The notes under the pieces are model-generated. The model made no database searches. It worked only from the letters and a program-made list of their open reading frames with translations, and was not told where the DNA came from. The translations under genes and the position numbers were made by a program. From Nemertoderma westbladi (Eukaryota; Animalia; Xenacoelomorpha), in the NCBI GenBank assembly GCA_032718475.1, contig JAUCBJ010001998.1, forward strand, positions 1 through 52,149: a stretch of DNA of 52,149 nt, read 5' to 3'. Below, one piece after another: positions 12,065-26,600 of this stretch (position 1 is its first letter; the number at the start of each line of letters is the position of its first letter).

Positions 12065-14111
12065 TTAGTAGTTTAGTTGACCAGTCAACGACCGTCGAAT
12101 AATATTTTGTTAACTAATAAAAAAAACGTCCATGACTGAATAATTATTAGTTAACCAATCAACTCCCATGATAGAATCATAATTAGTTAACCAATCAGCG
12201 TCGGAGATAGAATAATAATTAGTTAACCAATCAGCGTCCGAGATTGAATAATAATTAGTTAACCAATCAGCGTCCGTGTGTGAATAATAATTAGTTAACC
12301 AATCAGCGACCGAGATAGAATAATAATTAGTTAACCAATCAGCGTCCGTGATTGAATAATAATTAGTTAACCAATTAGCGTCCGTGATTGAATAATAATT
12401 AGTTAACCAATCAGCGTCCGTGATTGAATAACAATTAGTTAACCAATCAGCGTCCGTGATTGAATAATAATTAGTTAACCAATCAGCGACCGAGATAGAA
12501 TAATAATTAGTTAACCAATCAGCGTCCGAGATTGAATAATAATTAGTTAACCAATCAGCGTCCGTGATTGAATAATAATTAGTTAACCAATCAACTCCCA
12601 TGATAGAATAATAATTAGTTAACCAATCAACGTCCGAGATAGAGTAATAATTAGTTAAATCAATCAACGTCCGTGATTGAATAATAATTAGTTAACTAAT
12701 CACTCCCATGATATAATCATAATTAGTTAACCAATCAGCGACCGAGATAGAATAATAATTAGTTAACCAATCAGCGTCCGTGATTGAATAATAATTAGTT
12801 AACCAATTAGCGTCCGTGATTGAATAATAATTAGTTAACCAATCAGCGTCCGTGATTGAATAATAATTAGTTAACCAATCAGCGTCCGTGATTGAATAAT
12901 AATTAGTTAACCAATTAGCGTCCGTGATTGAATAATAATTAGTTAACCAATCAGCGTCCGAGATTGAATAATAATTAGTTAACCAATTAGCGTCCGTGAT
13001 TGAATAATAATTAGTTAACCAATCAGCGTCCGTGATTGAATAATAATTAGTTAACCAATCAACTCCCATTATAGAATAACAATTAGTTAACCAATCAGCG
13101 TCCGTGATTGAATAATAATTAGTTAACCAATCAGCGTCCGTGATTGAATAATAATTAGTTAACTAATCACTCCCATGATAGAATCATAATTAGTTAACCA
13201 ATTAGCGTCCGTGATTGAATAATAATTAGTTAACCAATCAGCGTCCGAGATTGAATAATAATTAGTTAACCAATTAGCGTCCCTGATTGAATAATAATTA
13301 GTTAACCAATTAGCGTCCGTGATTGAATAATAATTAGTTAACCAATCAACTCCCATGATAGAATACAAATTAGTTAACCAATCAGCGTCCGTGATTGAAT
13401 AATAATTAGTTAACCAATTAGCGTCCGTGATTGAATAATAATTAGTTAACCAATTAGCGTCCGTGATTGAATAATAATTAGTTAACCAATTAGCGTCCGT
13501 GATTGAATAATAATTAGTTAACCAATCAACTCCCATGATAGAATACCAATTAGTTAACCAATCAGCGTCCGTGATTGAATAATAATTAGTTAACCAATTA
13601 GCGTCCGTGATTGAATAATAATTAGTTAACCAATTAGCGTCCGTGATTGAATAATAATTAGTTAACCAATTAGCGTCCGTGATTGAATAATAATTAGTTA
13701 ACCAATCAGCGTCCGTGATTGAATAATAATTAGTTAACCAATCAACTCCCATGATAGAATAATAATTAGTTAACCAAACAGCGTCTGTGATTGAATAATA
13801 ATTAGTTAACCAATCAGCGTCCGTGATTGAATAATAATTAATTAACCAATTAGCGTCCGTGATAGAATAATAATTAGTTAACCAATCAGCGTCCGTGATT
13901 GAATAATAATTAGTTGACCAATTAGCGCCCGAGATAGAATAATAATTAGTTAACCAATCAGCGTCCGTGATTGAATAATAATTAGTTAACCAATCAGCGT
14001 CCGTGATTGAATAATAATTAGTTAACCAATCAACGTCCATTATAGAATATTAATTAATTAACAAATTAGCGTCCGAGATAGAATAATAATTAGTTAAATC
14101 AATCAACGTCC
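12065..14111. repeat. Tandem array, 36-bp unit, ~56 copies, starting at the SPATS1 stop codon
   Basis: Unit ATAATTAGTTAACCAATCAGCGTCCGTGATTGAATA; on the minus strand GGA CGC TGA TTG GTT AAC TAA..., continuing from the exon end GGA CGT TGA. Confidence 0.97.
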
Positions 14112-14351
14112 ATGGCTCAGCACCTCCACTCTCAGCGGACTAGCAGGTCTCCAGTGATCCAACGCCGCCACCTCTGCGACCTCTGCGTTTAGTTTCCGGA
14201 TCGCTTCCCTCTTTCTAACTGGCGTCCGGGGCCGCGCTGGTGGGTCCATCAACGGGATAACTGTGTCGTGTGGGTCCCGGACACAATGCCCGAACGCTAC
14301 AACCGGGCGAGTAGATCCGTATACGTGGAAGCTATTCGAGTACTCGCTAAC
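14103..14351 (-). CDS. SPATS1: Spermatogenesis-associated serine-rich protein 1 homolog, last coding exon
   Basis: Acceptor TATTTGCAG, phase 0. VSEYSNSFHVYGSTRPVVAF...DTVIPLMDPP...EVAEVAALDHWRPASPL matches the recalled SPATS1 C-terminus (PEQSKGFHKAGSMLPPVNF...DTFIPLEPLP...EIQEVEELDNWQPAVPL). Confidence 0.85.
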   Translation of the reverse strand, partial: VSEYSNSFHVYGSTRPVVAFGHCVRDPHDTVIPLMDPPARPRTPVRKREAIRKLNAEVAEVAALDHWRPASPLRVEVLSHGR

Positions 14352-14645
14352 CTGCAAATATATAAGACGATTATTCTGGATAATGGCAATGTAATGTCCG
14401 AAATTCAGTTAAATGTATAATGTTTTTACTTTGGTTGTAATTCTACTGAAAATATGAGTAAAATGGACTTCAATCTCCGACAAATTACAATAGTATTGAA
14501 AATTATTTTTTCTTTATCCAAATTTTATGGTAGTTCAAAAAATATTTTAACATAAAGTATATGTTAATTTAGGCAACAACATACCCCAAATAGGATTGTT
14601 TGAATTCATTTAATAAAAATTATAAAGTAATGCAGTAGTCTTACT

Positions 14646-17600
14646 CTGGTATGATTTACCCCAAGGAACGCCTTGGGATTTTTAAGCTAACCTGGTATGA
14701 TTTATCCCCAGGGGATGTGTCTGAGATTTTAAAGCTAACCTGGTATGATTTATCCCTAGGGGATGTGTCTGGGATTTTTAAGCTAACAATGGTATGATTT
14801 ATCCCCAGGGGCCACTGGGATTTTAAAGCTAACCTGGTATGATTTATCCCCAGGGGCCTCTGGGACTTTTAATCTAACCTGGTATGAATTATCCCCAGGT
14901 GATGTGTCTGGGAGTTTTAAGCTAACCTGGTGTGATTTATCCCCAGGGGATGTATCTCGGATTTTAAAGCTAACCTGGTATGATTTATCCCCAGGCTGGG
15001 CCTCTGGGATTTTTAAGCTAACCTGGTATGATTTATGCCCAGGGGATGTGTCTGGGATTTTAAAGCTAACCTGGTATGATTTATCCCCAGGGGATGTGTC
15101 TGGGATTTTTAAGCTAACCTGGTGTGATTTATCCCCAGGGGATGTATCTGGGATTTTAAAGCTATCCTGGTATGATTTTTCCCCAGGGGCCTCTGGGATT
15201 TTTAAGCTAACCTGGTATGAATTATCCCCAGGTGATGTGTCTGGGATTTTAAAGCTAACCTGGTATGATTTATCCCCCGGGGATGTGTCTGGGATTTTAA
15301 AGCTAACCTGGTATGATTTTTCCCCAGGGGCCTCTGGGATTTTTAAGCTAACCTGGTATGAATTATCCCCAGGTGATGTGTCTGGGATTTTTAAGCTAAC
15401 CAGGTATGATTTATCCCCAGGGGATGTGTCTGGGATTTTAAAGCTAACCAGGTATGATTTATCCCCAGGGGCCTCTGGGACTTTTAATCTAACCTGGTAT
15501 GAATTATCCCCAGGTGATGTGTCTGGGATTTTAAAGCTAACCAGGTATGATTTATCCCCAGGGGCCTCTGGGACTTTTAATCTAACCTGGTATGATTTAT
15601 CCCCCGGGGATGTGTCTGGGATTTTAAAGCTAACCTGGTATGATTTTTCCCCAGGGGCCTCTGGGATTTTTAAGCTAACCTGGTATGAATTATCCCCAGG
15701 TGATGTGTCTGGGATTTTTAAGCTAACCAGGTATGATTTATCCCCAGGGGATGTGTCTGGGATTTTAAAGCTAACCAGGTATGATTTATCCCCAGGGGCC
15801 TCTGGGACTTTTAATCTAACCTGGTATGAATTATCCCCAGGTGATGTGTCTGGGATTTTAAAGCTAACCAGGTATGATTTATCCCCAGGGGCCTCTGGGA
15901 CTTTTAATCTAACCTGGTATGAATTATCCCCAGGTGATGTGTCTGGGAGTTTTAAGCTAACCTGGTGTGATTTATCCCCAGGGGATGTATCTCGGATTTT
16001 AAAGCTAACCTGGTATGATTTATCCCCAGGCTGGGCCTCTGGGATTTTTAAGCTAACCTGGTATGATTTATGCCCAGGGGATGTGTCTGGGATTTTAAAG
16101 CTAACCTGGTATGATTTATCCCCAGGGGATGTGTCTGGGATTTTAAAGCTAACCTGGTAGGATTTATCCCCAGGAGCCTGGCCTCTGGGATTTTTAAGCT
16201 AACCTGGTATGAATTATCCCCAGGTGATGTGTCTGGGATTTTAAAGCTAACCTGGTATGATTTATCCCCAGGGGATGTGTCTGGGATTTTAAAGCTAACC
16301 TGGTAGGATTTATCCCCAGGAGCCTGGCCTCTGGAATTTTTAAGCTAACCTGGTATGATTTATGCCCAGGGGATGTGTCTGGGATTTTAAAGCTAACCTG
16401 GTATGATTTATCCCCAGGGGATGTGTCTGGGATTTTTAAGCTAACCAGGTGTGATTTATCCCCAGGGGATGTGTCTGGGATTTTAAAGCTAACCTGGTAG
16501 GATTTATCCCCAGGAGCCTGGCCTCTGGAATTTTTAAGCTAACCTGGTATGATTTATGCCCAGGGGATGTGTCTGGGATTTTAAAGCTAACCTGGTATGA
16601 TTTATCCTCAGGGGATGTGTCTGGGATTTTTAAGGTAACCTGGTGTGATTTATCCTTAGGGCATGTGTCTGGGATTTTAAAGCTAACCTGGTATGAATTA
16701 TCCCCAGGTGATGTGTCTGGGATTTTAAAGCTAACCTGGTATGATTTATCCCCAGGGGATGTGTCTGGGATTTTTAAGCTAACCAGGTGTGATTTATCCC
16801 CAGGTGATGTGTCTGGGATTTTAAAGCTAACCTGGTATGATTTATCCCCAGGGGATGTGTCTGGGATTTTAAAGCTAACCTGGTATGATTTATCCCCAGG
16901 TGATGTGTCTGGGATTTTAAAGCTAACCTGGTATGATTTATCCCCAGGTGATGTGTCTGGGATTTTAAAGCTAACCTGGTATGATTTATCCCCAGGGGAT
17001 GTGTCTGGGATTTTTAAGCTAACCAGGTGTGATTTATCCCCAGGTGATGTGTCTGGGATTTTAAAGCTAACCTGGTATGATTTATCCCCAGGGGATGTGT
17101 CTGGGATTTTAAAGCTAACCTGGTATGATTTATCCCCAGGAGATGTGTCTGGGATTTTTAAGCTAACCTGGTGTGATTTATCCCCAGGTGATGTGTCTGG
17201 GATTTTAAAGCTAACCTGGTATGATTTATCCCCAGGAGATGTGTCTGGGATTTTTAAGCTAACCTGGTGTGATTTATCCCCAGGTGATGTGTCTGGGATT
17301 TTAAAGCTAACCAGGTGTGATTTATCCCCAGGTGATGTGTCTGGGATTTTAAAGCTAACCAGGTGTGATTTATCCCCAGGTGATGTGTCTGGGATTTTAA
17401 AGCTAACCTGGTATGATTTATCCCCAGGAGATGTGTCTGGGATTTTTAAGCTAACCTGGTGTGATTTATCCCCAGGTGATGTGTCTGGGATTTTAAAGCT
17501 AACCAGGTGTGATTTATCCCCAGGTGATGTGTCTGGGATTTTAAAGCTAACCTGGTATGATTTATCCCCAGGAGATGTGTCTGGGATTTTTAAGCTAACC

Positions 17601-20600
17601 TGGTGTGATTTATCCCCAGGTGATGTGTCTGGGATTTTAAAGCTAACCTGGTATGATTTATCCCCAGGAGATGTGTCTGGGATTTTTAAGCTAACCAGGT
17701 GTGATTTATCCCCAGGTGATGTGTCTGGGATTTTAAAGCTAACCTGGTATGATTTATCCCCAGGAGATGTGTCTGGGATTTTTAAGCTAACCAGGTGTGA
17801 TTTATCCCCAGGAGATGTGTCTGGGATTTTTAAGCTAACCTGGTGTGATTTATCCCCAGGTGATGTGTCTGGGATTTTAAAGCTAACCTGGTATGATTTA
17901 TCCCCAGGAGATGTGTCTGGGATTTTTAAGCTAACCTGGTGTGATTTATCCCCAGGTGATGTGTCTGGGATTTTAAAGCTAACCAGGTGTGATTTATCCC
18001 CAGGTGATGTGTCTGGGATTTTAAAGCTAACCAGGTGTGATTTATCCCCAGGTGATGTGTCTGGGATTTTAAAGCTAACCTGGTATGATTTATCCCCAGG
18101 AGATGTGTCTGGGATTTTTAAGCTAACCTGGTGTGATTTATCCCCAGGTGATGTGTCTGGGATTTTAAAGCTAACCAGGTGTGATTTATCCCCAGGTGAT
18201 GTGTCTGGGATTTTAAAGCTAACCTGGTATGATTTATCCCCAGGTGATGTGTCTGGGATTTTAAAGCTAACCAGGTGTGATTTATCCCCAGGAGATGTGT
18301 CTGGGATTTTAAAGCTAACCTGGTGTGATTTATCCCCAGGTGATGTGTCTGGGATTTTAAAGCTAACCAGGTGTGATTTATCCCCAGGTGATGTGTCTGG
18401 GATTTTAAAGCTAACCTGGTATGATTTATCCCCAGGAGATGTGTCTGGGATTTTTAAGCTAACCTGGTGTGATTTATCCCCAGGTGATGTGTCTGGGATT
18501 TTAAAGCTAACCAGGTGTGATTTATCCCCAGGTGATGTGTCTGGGATTTTAAAGCTAACCTGGTATGATTTATCCCCAGGTGATGTGTCTGGGATTTTAA
18601 AGCTAACCAGGTGTGATTTATCCCCAGGTGATGTGTCTGGGATTTTAAAGCTAACCTGGTATGATTTATCCCCAGGTGATGTGTCTGGGATTTTAAAGCT
18701 AACCAGGTATGATTTATCCCCAGGTGATGTGTCTGGGATTTTAAAGCTAACCAGGTGTGATTTATCCCCAGGTGATGTGTCTGGGATTTTAAAGCTAACC
18801 AGGTGTGATTTATCCCCAGGTGATGTGTCTGGGATTTTAAAGCTAACCTGGTATGATTTATCCCCAGGAGATGTGTCTGGGATTTTTAAGCTAACCTGGT
18901 GTGATTTATCCCCAGGTGATGTGTCTGGGATTTTAAAGCTAACCAGGTGTGATTTATCCCCAGGTGATGTGTCTGGGATTTTAAAGCTAACCTGGTATGA
19001 TTTATCCCCAGGTGATGTGTCTGGGATTTTAAAGCTAACCAGGTGTGATTTATCCCCAGGTGATGTGTCTGGGATTTTAAAGCTAACCAGGTGTGATTTA
19101 TCCCCAGGTGATGTGTCTGGGATTTTAAAGCTAACCTGGTATGATTTATCCCCAGGTGATGTGTCTGGGATTTTAAAGCTAACCTGGTATGATTTATCCC
19201 CAGGTGATGTGTCTGGGATTTTAAAGCTAACCAGGTGTGATTTATCCCCAGGTGATGTGTCTGGGATTTTAAAGCTAACCTGGTATGATTTATCCCCAGG
19301 TGATGTGTCTGGGATTTTAAAGCTAACCAGGTGTGATTTATCCCCAGGTGATGTGTCTGGGATTTTAAAGCTAACCAGGTGTGATTTATCCCCAGGTGAT
19401 GTGTCTGGGATTTTAAAGCTAACCTGGTATGATTTATCCCCAGGTGATGTGTCTGGGATTTTAAAGCTAACCAGGTGTGATTTATCCCCAGGTGATGTGT
19501 CTGGGATTTTAAAGCTAACCTGGTATGATTTATCCCCAGGTGATGTGTCTGGGATTTTAAAGCTAACCAGGTGTGATTTATCCCCAGGTGATGTGTCTGG
19601 GATTTTAAAGCTAACCTGGTATGATTTATCCCCAGGTGATGTGTCTGGGATTTTAAAGCTAACCAGGTGTGATTTATCCCCAGGTGATGTGTCTGGGATT
19701 TTAAAGCTAACCTGGTGTGATTTATCCCCAGGTGATGTGTCTGGGATTTTAAAGCTAACCAGGTGTGATTTATCCCCAGGTGATGTGTCTGGGATTTTAA
19801 AGCTAACCTGGTATGATTTATCCCCAGGTGATGTGTCTGGGATTTTAAAGCTAACCTGGTATGATTTATCCCCAGGAGATGTGTCTGGGATTTTTAAGCT
19901 AACCTGGTGTGATTTATCCCCAGGTGATGTGTCTGGGATTTTAAAGCTAACCTGGTATGATTTATCCCCAGGTGATGTGTCTGGGATTTTAAAGCTAACC
20001 TGGTATGATTTATCCCCAGGTGATGTGTCTGGGATTTTAAAGCTAACCAGGTGTGATTTATCCCCAGGTGATGTGTCTGGGATTTTAAAGCTAACCTGGT
20101 ATGATTTATCCCCAGGTGATGTGTCTGGGATTTTAAAGCTAACCAGGTGTGATTTATCCCCAGGTGATGTGTCTGGGATTTTAAAGCTAACCTGGTGTGA
20201 TTTATCCCCAGGTGATGTGTCTGGGATTTTAAAGCTAACCAGGTGTGATTTATCCCCAGGTGATGTGTCTGGGATTTTAAAGCTAACCTGGTATGATTTA
20301 TCCCCAGGTGATGTGTCTGGGATTTTAAAGCTAACCTGGTATGATTTATCCCCAGGAGATGTGTCTGGGATTTTTAAGCTAACCTGGTATGATTTATCCC
20401 CAGGTGATGTGTCTGGGATTTTAAAGCTAACCTGGTATGATTTATCCCCAGGAGATGTGTCTGGGATTTTTAAGCTAACCAGGTGTGATTTATCCCCAGG
20501 TGATGTGTCTGGGATTTTAAAGCTAACCTGGTATGATTTATCCCCAGGTGATGTGTCTGGGATTTTAAAGCTAACCAGGTGTGATTTATCCCCAGGTGAT

Positions 20601-23600
20601 GTGTCTGGGATTTTAAAGCTAACCTGGTATGATTTATCCCCAGGTGATGTGTCTGGGATTTTAAAGCTAACCAGGTATGATTTATCCCCAGGTGATGTGT
20701 CTGGGATTTTAAAGCTAACCAGGTATGATTTATCCCCAGGTGATGTGTCTGGGATTTTAAAGCTAACCTGGTATGATTTATCCCCAGGTGATGTGTCTGG
20801 GATTTTAAAGCTAACCAGGTATGATTTATCCCCAGGTGATGTGTCTGGGATTTTAAAGCTAACCTGGTATGATTTATCCCCAGGAGATGTGTCTGGGATT
20901 TTAAAGCTAACCAGGTGTGATTTATCCCCAGGTGATGTGTCTGGGATTTTAAAGCTAACCTGGTATGATTTATCCCCAGGTGATGTGTCTGGGATTTTAA
21001 AGCTAACCTGGTATGATTTATCCCCAGGTGATGTGTCTGGGATTTTAAAGCTAACCTGGTATGATTTATCCCCAGGAGATGTGTCTGGGATTTTTAAGCT
21101 AACCTGGTGTGATTTATCCCCAGGTGATGTGTCTGGGATTTTAAAGCTAACCTGGTATGATTTATCCCCAGGTGATGTGTCTGGGATTTTAAAGCTAACC
21201 AGGTGTGATTTATCCCCAGGTGATGTGTCTGGGATTTTAAAGCTAACCTGGTATGATTTATCCCCAGGTGATGTGTCTGGGATTTTAAAGCTAACCTGGT
21301 ATGATTTATCCCCAGGAGATGTGTCTGGGATTTTTAAGCTAACCTGGTGTGATTTATCCCCAGGTGATGTGTCTGGGATTTTAAAGCTAACCTGGTATGA
21401 TTTATCCCCAGGTGATGTGTCTGGGATTTTAAAGCTAACCAGGTGTGATTTATCCCCAGGTGATGTGTCTGGGATTTTAAAGCTAACCTGGTATGATTTA
21501 TCCCCAGGTGATGTGTCTGGGATTTTAAAGCTAACCTGGTATGATTTATCCCCAGGAGATGTGTCTGGGATTTTTAAGCTAACCTGGTGTGATTTATCCC
21601 CAGGAGATGTGTCTGGGATTTTTAAGCTAACCTGGTGTGATTTATCCCCAGGTGATGTGTCTGGGATTTTAAAGCTAACCTGGTATGATTTATCCCCAGG
21701 TGATGTGTCTGGGATTTTAAAGCTAACCAGGTGTGATTTATCCCCAGGTGATGTGTCTGGGATTTTAAAGCTAACCTGGTATGATTTATCCCCAGGTGAT
21801 GTGTCTGGGATTTTAAAGCTAACCAGGTATGATTTATCCCCAGGTGATGTGTCTGGGATTTTAAAGCTAACCAGGTATGATTTATCCCCAGGTGATGTGT
21901 CTGGGATTTTAAAGCTAACCTGGTATGATTTATCCCCAGGTGATGTGTCTGGGATTTTAAAGCTAACCAGGTATGATTTATCCCCAGGTGATGTGTCTGG
22001 GATTTTAAAGCTAACCTGGTATGATTTATCCCCAGGAGATGTGTCTGGGATTTTAAAGCTAACCAGGTGTGATTTATCCCCAGGTGATGTGTCTGGGATT
22101 TTAAAGCTAACCTGGTATGATTTATCCCCAGGTGATGTGTCTGGGATTTTAAAGCTAACCTGGTATGATTTATCCCCAGGTGATGTGTCTGGGATTTTAA
22201 AGCTAACCTGGTATGATTTATCCCCAGGAGATGTGTCTGGGATTTTTAAGCTAACCTGGTGTGATTTATCCCCAGGTGATGTGTCTGGGATTTTAAAGCT
22301 AACCTGGTATGATTTATCCCCAGGTGATGTGTCTGGGATTTTAAAGCTAACCAGGTGTGATTTATCCCCAGGTGATGTGTCTGGGATTTTAAAGCTAACC
22401 TGGTATGATTTATCCCCAGGTGATGTGTCTGGGATTTTAAAGCTAACCTGGTATGATTTATCCCCAGGAGATGTGTCTGGGATTTTTAAGCTAACCTGGT
22501 GTGATTTATCCCCAGGTGATGTGTCTGGGATTTTAAAGCTAACCTGGTATGATTTATCCCCAGGTGATGTGTCTGGGATTTTAAAGCTAACCTGGTATGA
22601 TTTATCCCCAGGTGATGTGTCTGGGATTTTAAAGCTAACCTGGTATGATTTATCCCCAGGAGATGTGTCTGGGATTTTTAAGCTAACCTGGTGTGATTTA
22701 TCCCCAGGTGATGTGTCTGGGATTTTAAAGCTAACCTGGTATGATTTATCCCCAGGTGATGTGTCTGGGATTTTAAAGCTAACCAGGTGTGATTTATCCC
22801 CAGGTGATGTGTCTGGGATTTTAAAGCTAACCTGGTATGATTTATCCCCAGGTGATGTGTCTGGGATTTTAAAGCTAACCTGGTATGATTTATCCCCAGG
22901 AGATGTGTCTGGGATTTTTAAGCTAACCTGGTGTGATTTATCCCCAGGTGATGTGTCTGGGATTTTAAAGCTAACCTGGTATGATTTATCCCCAGGAGAT
23001 GTGTCTGGGATTTTTAAGCTAACCTGGTGTGATTTATCCCCAGGAGATGTGTCTGGGATTTTTAAGCTAACCTGGTGTGATTTATCCCCAGGTGATGTGT
23101 CTGGGATTTTAAAGCTAACCAGGTGTGATTTATCCCCAGGTGATGTGTCTGGGATTTTAAAGCTAACCAGGTGTGATTTATCCCCAGGTGATGTGTCTGG
23201 GATTTTAAAGCTAACCTGGTATGATTTATCCCCAGGAGATGTGTCTGGGATTTTAAAGCTAACCTGGTGTGATTTATCCCCAGGTGATGTGTCTGGGATT
23301 TTAAAGCTAACCAGGTGTGATTTATCCCCAGGTGATGTGTCTGGGATTTTTAAGCTAACCTGGTGTGATTTATCCCCAGGTGATGTGTCTGGGATTTTAA
23401 AGCTAACCAGGTGTGATTTATCCCCAGGTGATGTGTCTGGGATTTTAAAGCTAACCAGGTATGATTTATCCCCAGGTGATGTGTCTGGGATTTTTAAGCT
23501 AACCTGGTGTGATTTATCCCCAGGTGATGTGTCTGGGATTTTAAAGCTAACCAGGTGTGATTTATCCCCAGGTGATGTGTCTGGGATTTTAAAGCTAACC

Positions 23601-26600
23601 TGGTATGATTTATCCCCAGGAGATGTGTCTGGGATTTTTAAGCTAACCTGGTGTGATTTATCCCCAGGAGATGTGTCTGGGATTTTTAAGCTAACCTGGT
23701 GTGATTTATCCCCAGGTGATGTGTCTGGGATTTTAAAGCTAACCTGGTGTGATTTATCCCCAGGTGATGTGTCTGGGATTTTAAAGCTAACCTGGTATGA
23801 TTTATCCCCAGGAGATGTGTCTGGGATTTTTAAGCTAACCTGGTGTGATTTATCCCCAGGTGATGTGTCTGGGATTTTAAAGCTAACCAGGTGTGATTTA
23901 TCCCCAGGTGATGTGTCTGGGATTTTAAAGCTAACCAGGTGTGATTTATCCCCAGGTGATGTGTCTGGGATTTTAAAGCTAACCTGGTATGATTTATCCC
24001 CAGGAGATGTGTCTGGGATTTTTAAGCTAACCTGGTGTGATTTATCCCCAGGTGATGTGTCTGGGATTTTAAAGCTAACCAGGTGTGATTTATCCCCAGG
24101 TGATGTGTCTGGGATTTTAAAGCTAACCTGGTATGATTTATCCCCAGGAGATGTGTCTGGGATTTTTAAGCTAACCTGGTGTGATTTATCCCCAGGTGAT
24201 GTGTCTGGGATTTTAAAGCTAACCTGGTATGATTTATCCCCAGGAGATGTGTCTGGGATTTTTAAGCTAACCAGGTGTGATTTATCCCCAGGTGATGTGT
24301 CTGGGATTTTAAAGCTAACCTGGTATGATTTATCCCCAGGAGATGTGTCTGGGATTTTTAAGCTAACCAGGTGTGATTTATCCCCAGGTGATGTGTCTGG
24401 GATTTTAAAGCTAACCTGGTATGATTTATCCCCAGGGGATGTGTCTGGGATTTTAAAGCTAACCTGGTATGATTTATCCCCAGGGGATGTGTCTGGGATT
24501 TTAAAGCTAACCTGGTATGATTTATCCCCAGGGGATGTGTCTGGGATTTTAAAGCTAACCTGGTATGATTTATCCCCAGGGGATGTGTCTGGGATTTTAA
24601 AGCTAACCTGGTATGATTTATCCCCAGGTGATGTGTCTGGGATTTTAAAGCTAACCTGGTATGATTTATCCCCAGGGGCCTCTGGGATTTTTAAGCTAAC
24701 CTGGTATGATTTATGCCCAGGGGATGTGTCTGGGATTTTAAAGCTAACCTGGTATGATTTATCCCCAGGAGATGTGTCTGGGATTTTTAAGCTAACCTGG
24801 TATGATTTATCCCCAGGGGCCTCTGGGATTTTTAAGCTAACCTGGTATGATTTATGCCCAGGGGATGTGTCTGGGATTTTAAAGCTAACCTGGTATGATT
24901 TATCCCTAGGGGATGTGTCTGGGATTTTATAGCTAACCTGGTATGATTTATCCCCAGGGGCCTCTGGGATTTTTAAGCTAACCTGGTATGATTTATGCCC
25001 AGGGGATGTGTCTGGGATTTTACAGCTAACCTGTTATGATTTATCCCCAGGGGCCTTTGGGATTTTAAAGCTAACCTGGTATGATTTATCCCCAGGGGCC
25101 TCTGGGATTTTTAAGCTAACCTGGTATGATTTATGCCCAGGGGATCTGTCTGGGATTTTAAAGCTAACCTGGTATGATTTATCCCCAGGGGATGTGTCTG
25201 CGATTTTAAAGCTAACCTGGTATGATTTTTCCCCAGGGGCCTCTGGATTTTTAAGCTAACCTGGTATGATTTATGCCCAGGGGATGTGTCTGGGATTTTA
25301 AAGCTAACCTGTTATGATTTATCCCCAGGGGATGTGTCTGGGATTTTAAAGCTAACCTGGTATGATTTATCCCCAGGGGCCTCTGGATTTTTAAGCTAAC
25401 CTGGTATGATTTATCCCCAGGGGATGTGTCTGGGATTTTAAAGCTAACCTGTTATGATTTATCCCCAGGGGATGTGTCTGGGATTTTAAAGCTAACCTGG
25501 TATGATTTATCCCCAGGGGATGTGTCTGGGATTTTATAGCTAACCTGGTATGATTTATCCCCAGGGGATGTGTCTGGGATTTTACAGCTAACCTGTTATG
25601 ATTTATCCCCAGGGGCCTTTGGGATTTTAAAGCTAACCTGGTATGATTTATCCCCAGGGGCCTCTGGGATTTTTAAGCTAACCTGGTATGATTTATGCCC
25701 AGGGGATCTGTCTGGGATTTTAAAGCTAACCTGGTATGATTTATCCCCAGGGGATGTGTCTGGGATTTTACAGCTAACCTGTTATGATTTATCCCCAGGG
25801 GCCTTTGGGATTTTAAAGCTAACCTGGTATGATTTATCCCCAGGGGCCTCTGGGATTTTTAAGCTAACCTGGTATGATTTATCCCCAGGGGATGTGTCTG
25901 GGATTTTACAGCTAACCTGTTATGATTTATCCCCAGGGGCCTTTGGGATTTTAAAGCTAACCTGGTATGATTTATCCCCAGGGGCCTCTGGGATTTTTAA
26001 GCTAACCTGGTATGATTTATGCCCAGGGGATCTGTCTGGGATTTTAAAGCTAACCTGGTATGATTTATCCCCAGGGGATCTGTCTGGGATTTTAAAGCTA
26101 ACCTGGTATGATTTATCCCCAGGGGATGTGTCTGGGATTTTAAAGCTAACCTGGTATGATTTATCCCCAGGGGATCTGTCTGGGATTTTAAAGCTAACCT
26201 GGTATGATTTATCCCCAGGGGATCTGTCTGGGATTTTAAAGCTAACCTGGTATGATTTATCCCCAGGGGATCTGTCTGGGATTTTAAAGCTAACCTGGTA
26301 TGATTTATCCCCAGGGGATGTGTCTGGGATTTTAAAGCTAACCTGGTATGATTTTTCCCCAGGGGCCTCTACGATTTTAAAGCTAACCTGGTATGATTTA
26401 TCCCCAGGGGCCTCTGGATTTTTAAGCTAACCTGGTATGATTTATCCCCAGGGGATGTGTCTGGGATTTTATAGCTAACCTGGTATGATTTATCCCCAGG
26501 GGCCTCTGGGATTTTTAAGCTAACCTGGTATGATTTATCCCCAGGGGATGTGTCTGGGATTTTACAGCTAACCTGTTATGATTTATCCCCAGGGGCCTTT

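Noticed and set aside
12110-14040. DADWLTNYYSIT repeat ORFs
   Set aside because: An off-frame reading of the 36-bp array, fragmented by stops, lying after the SPATS1 stop codon.
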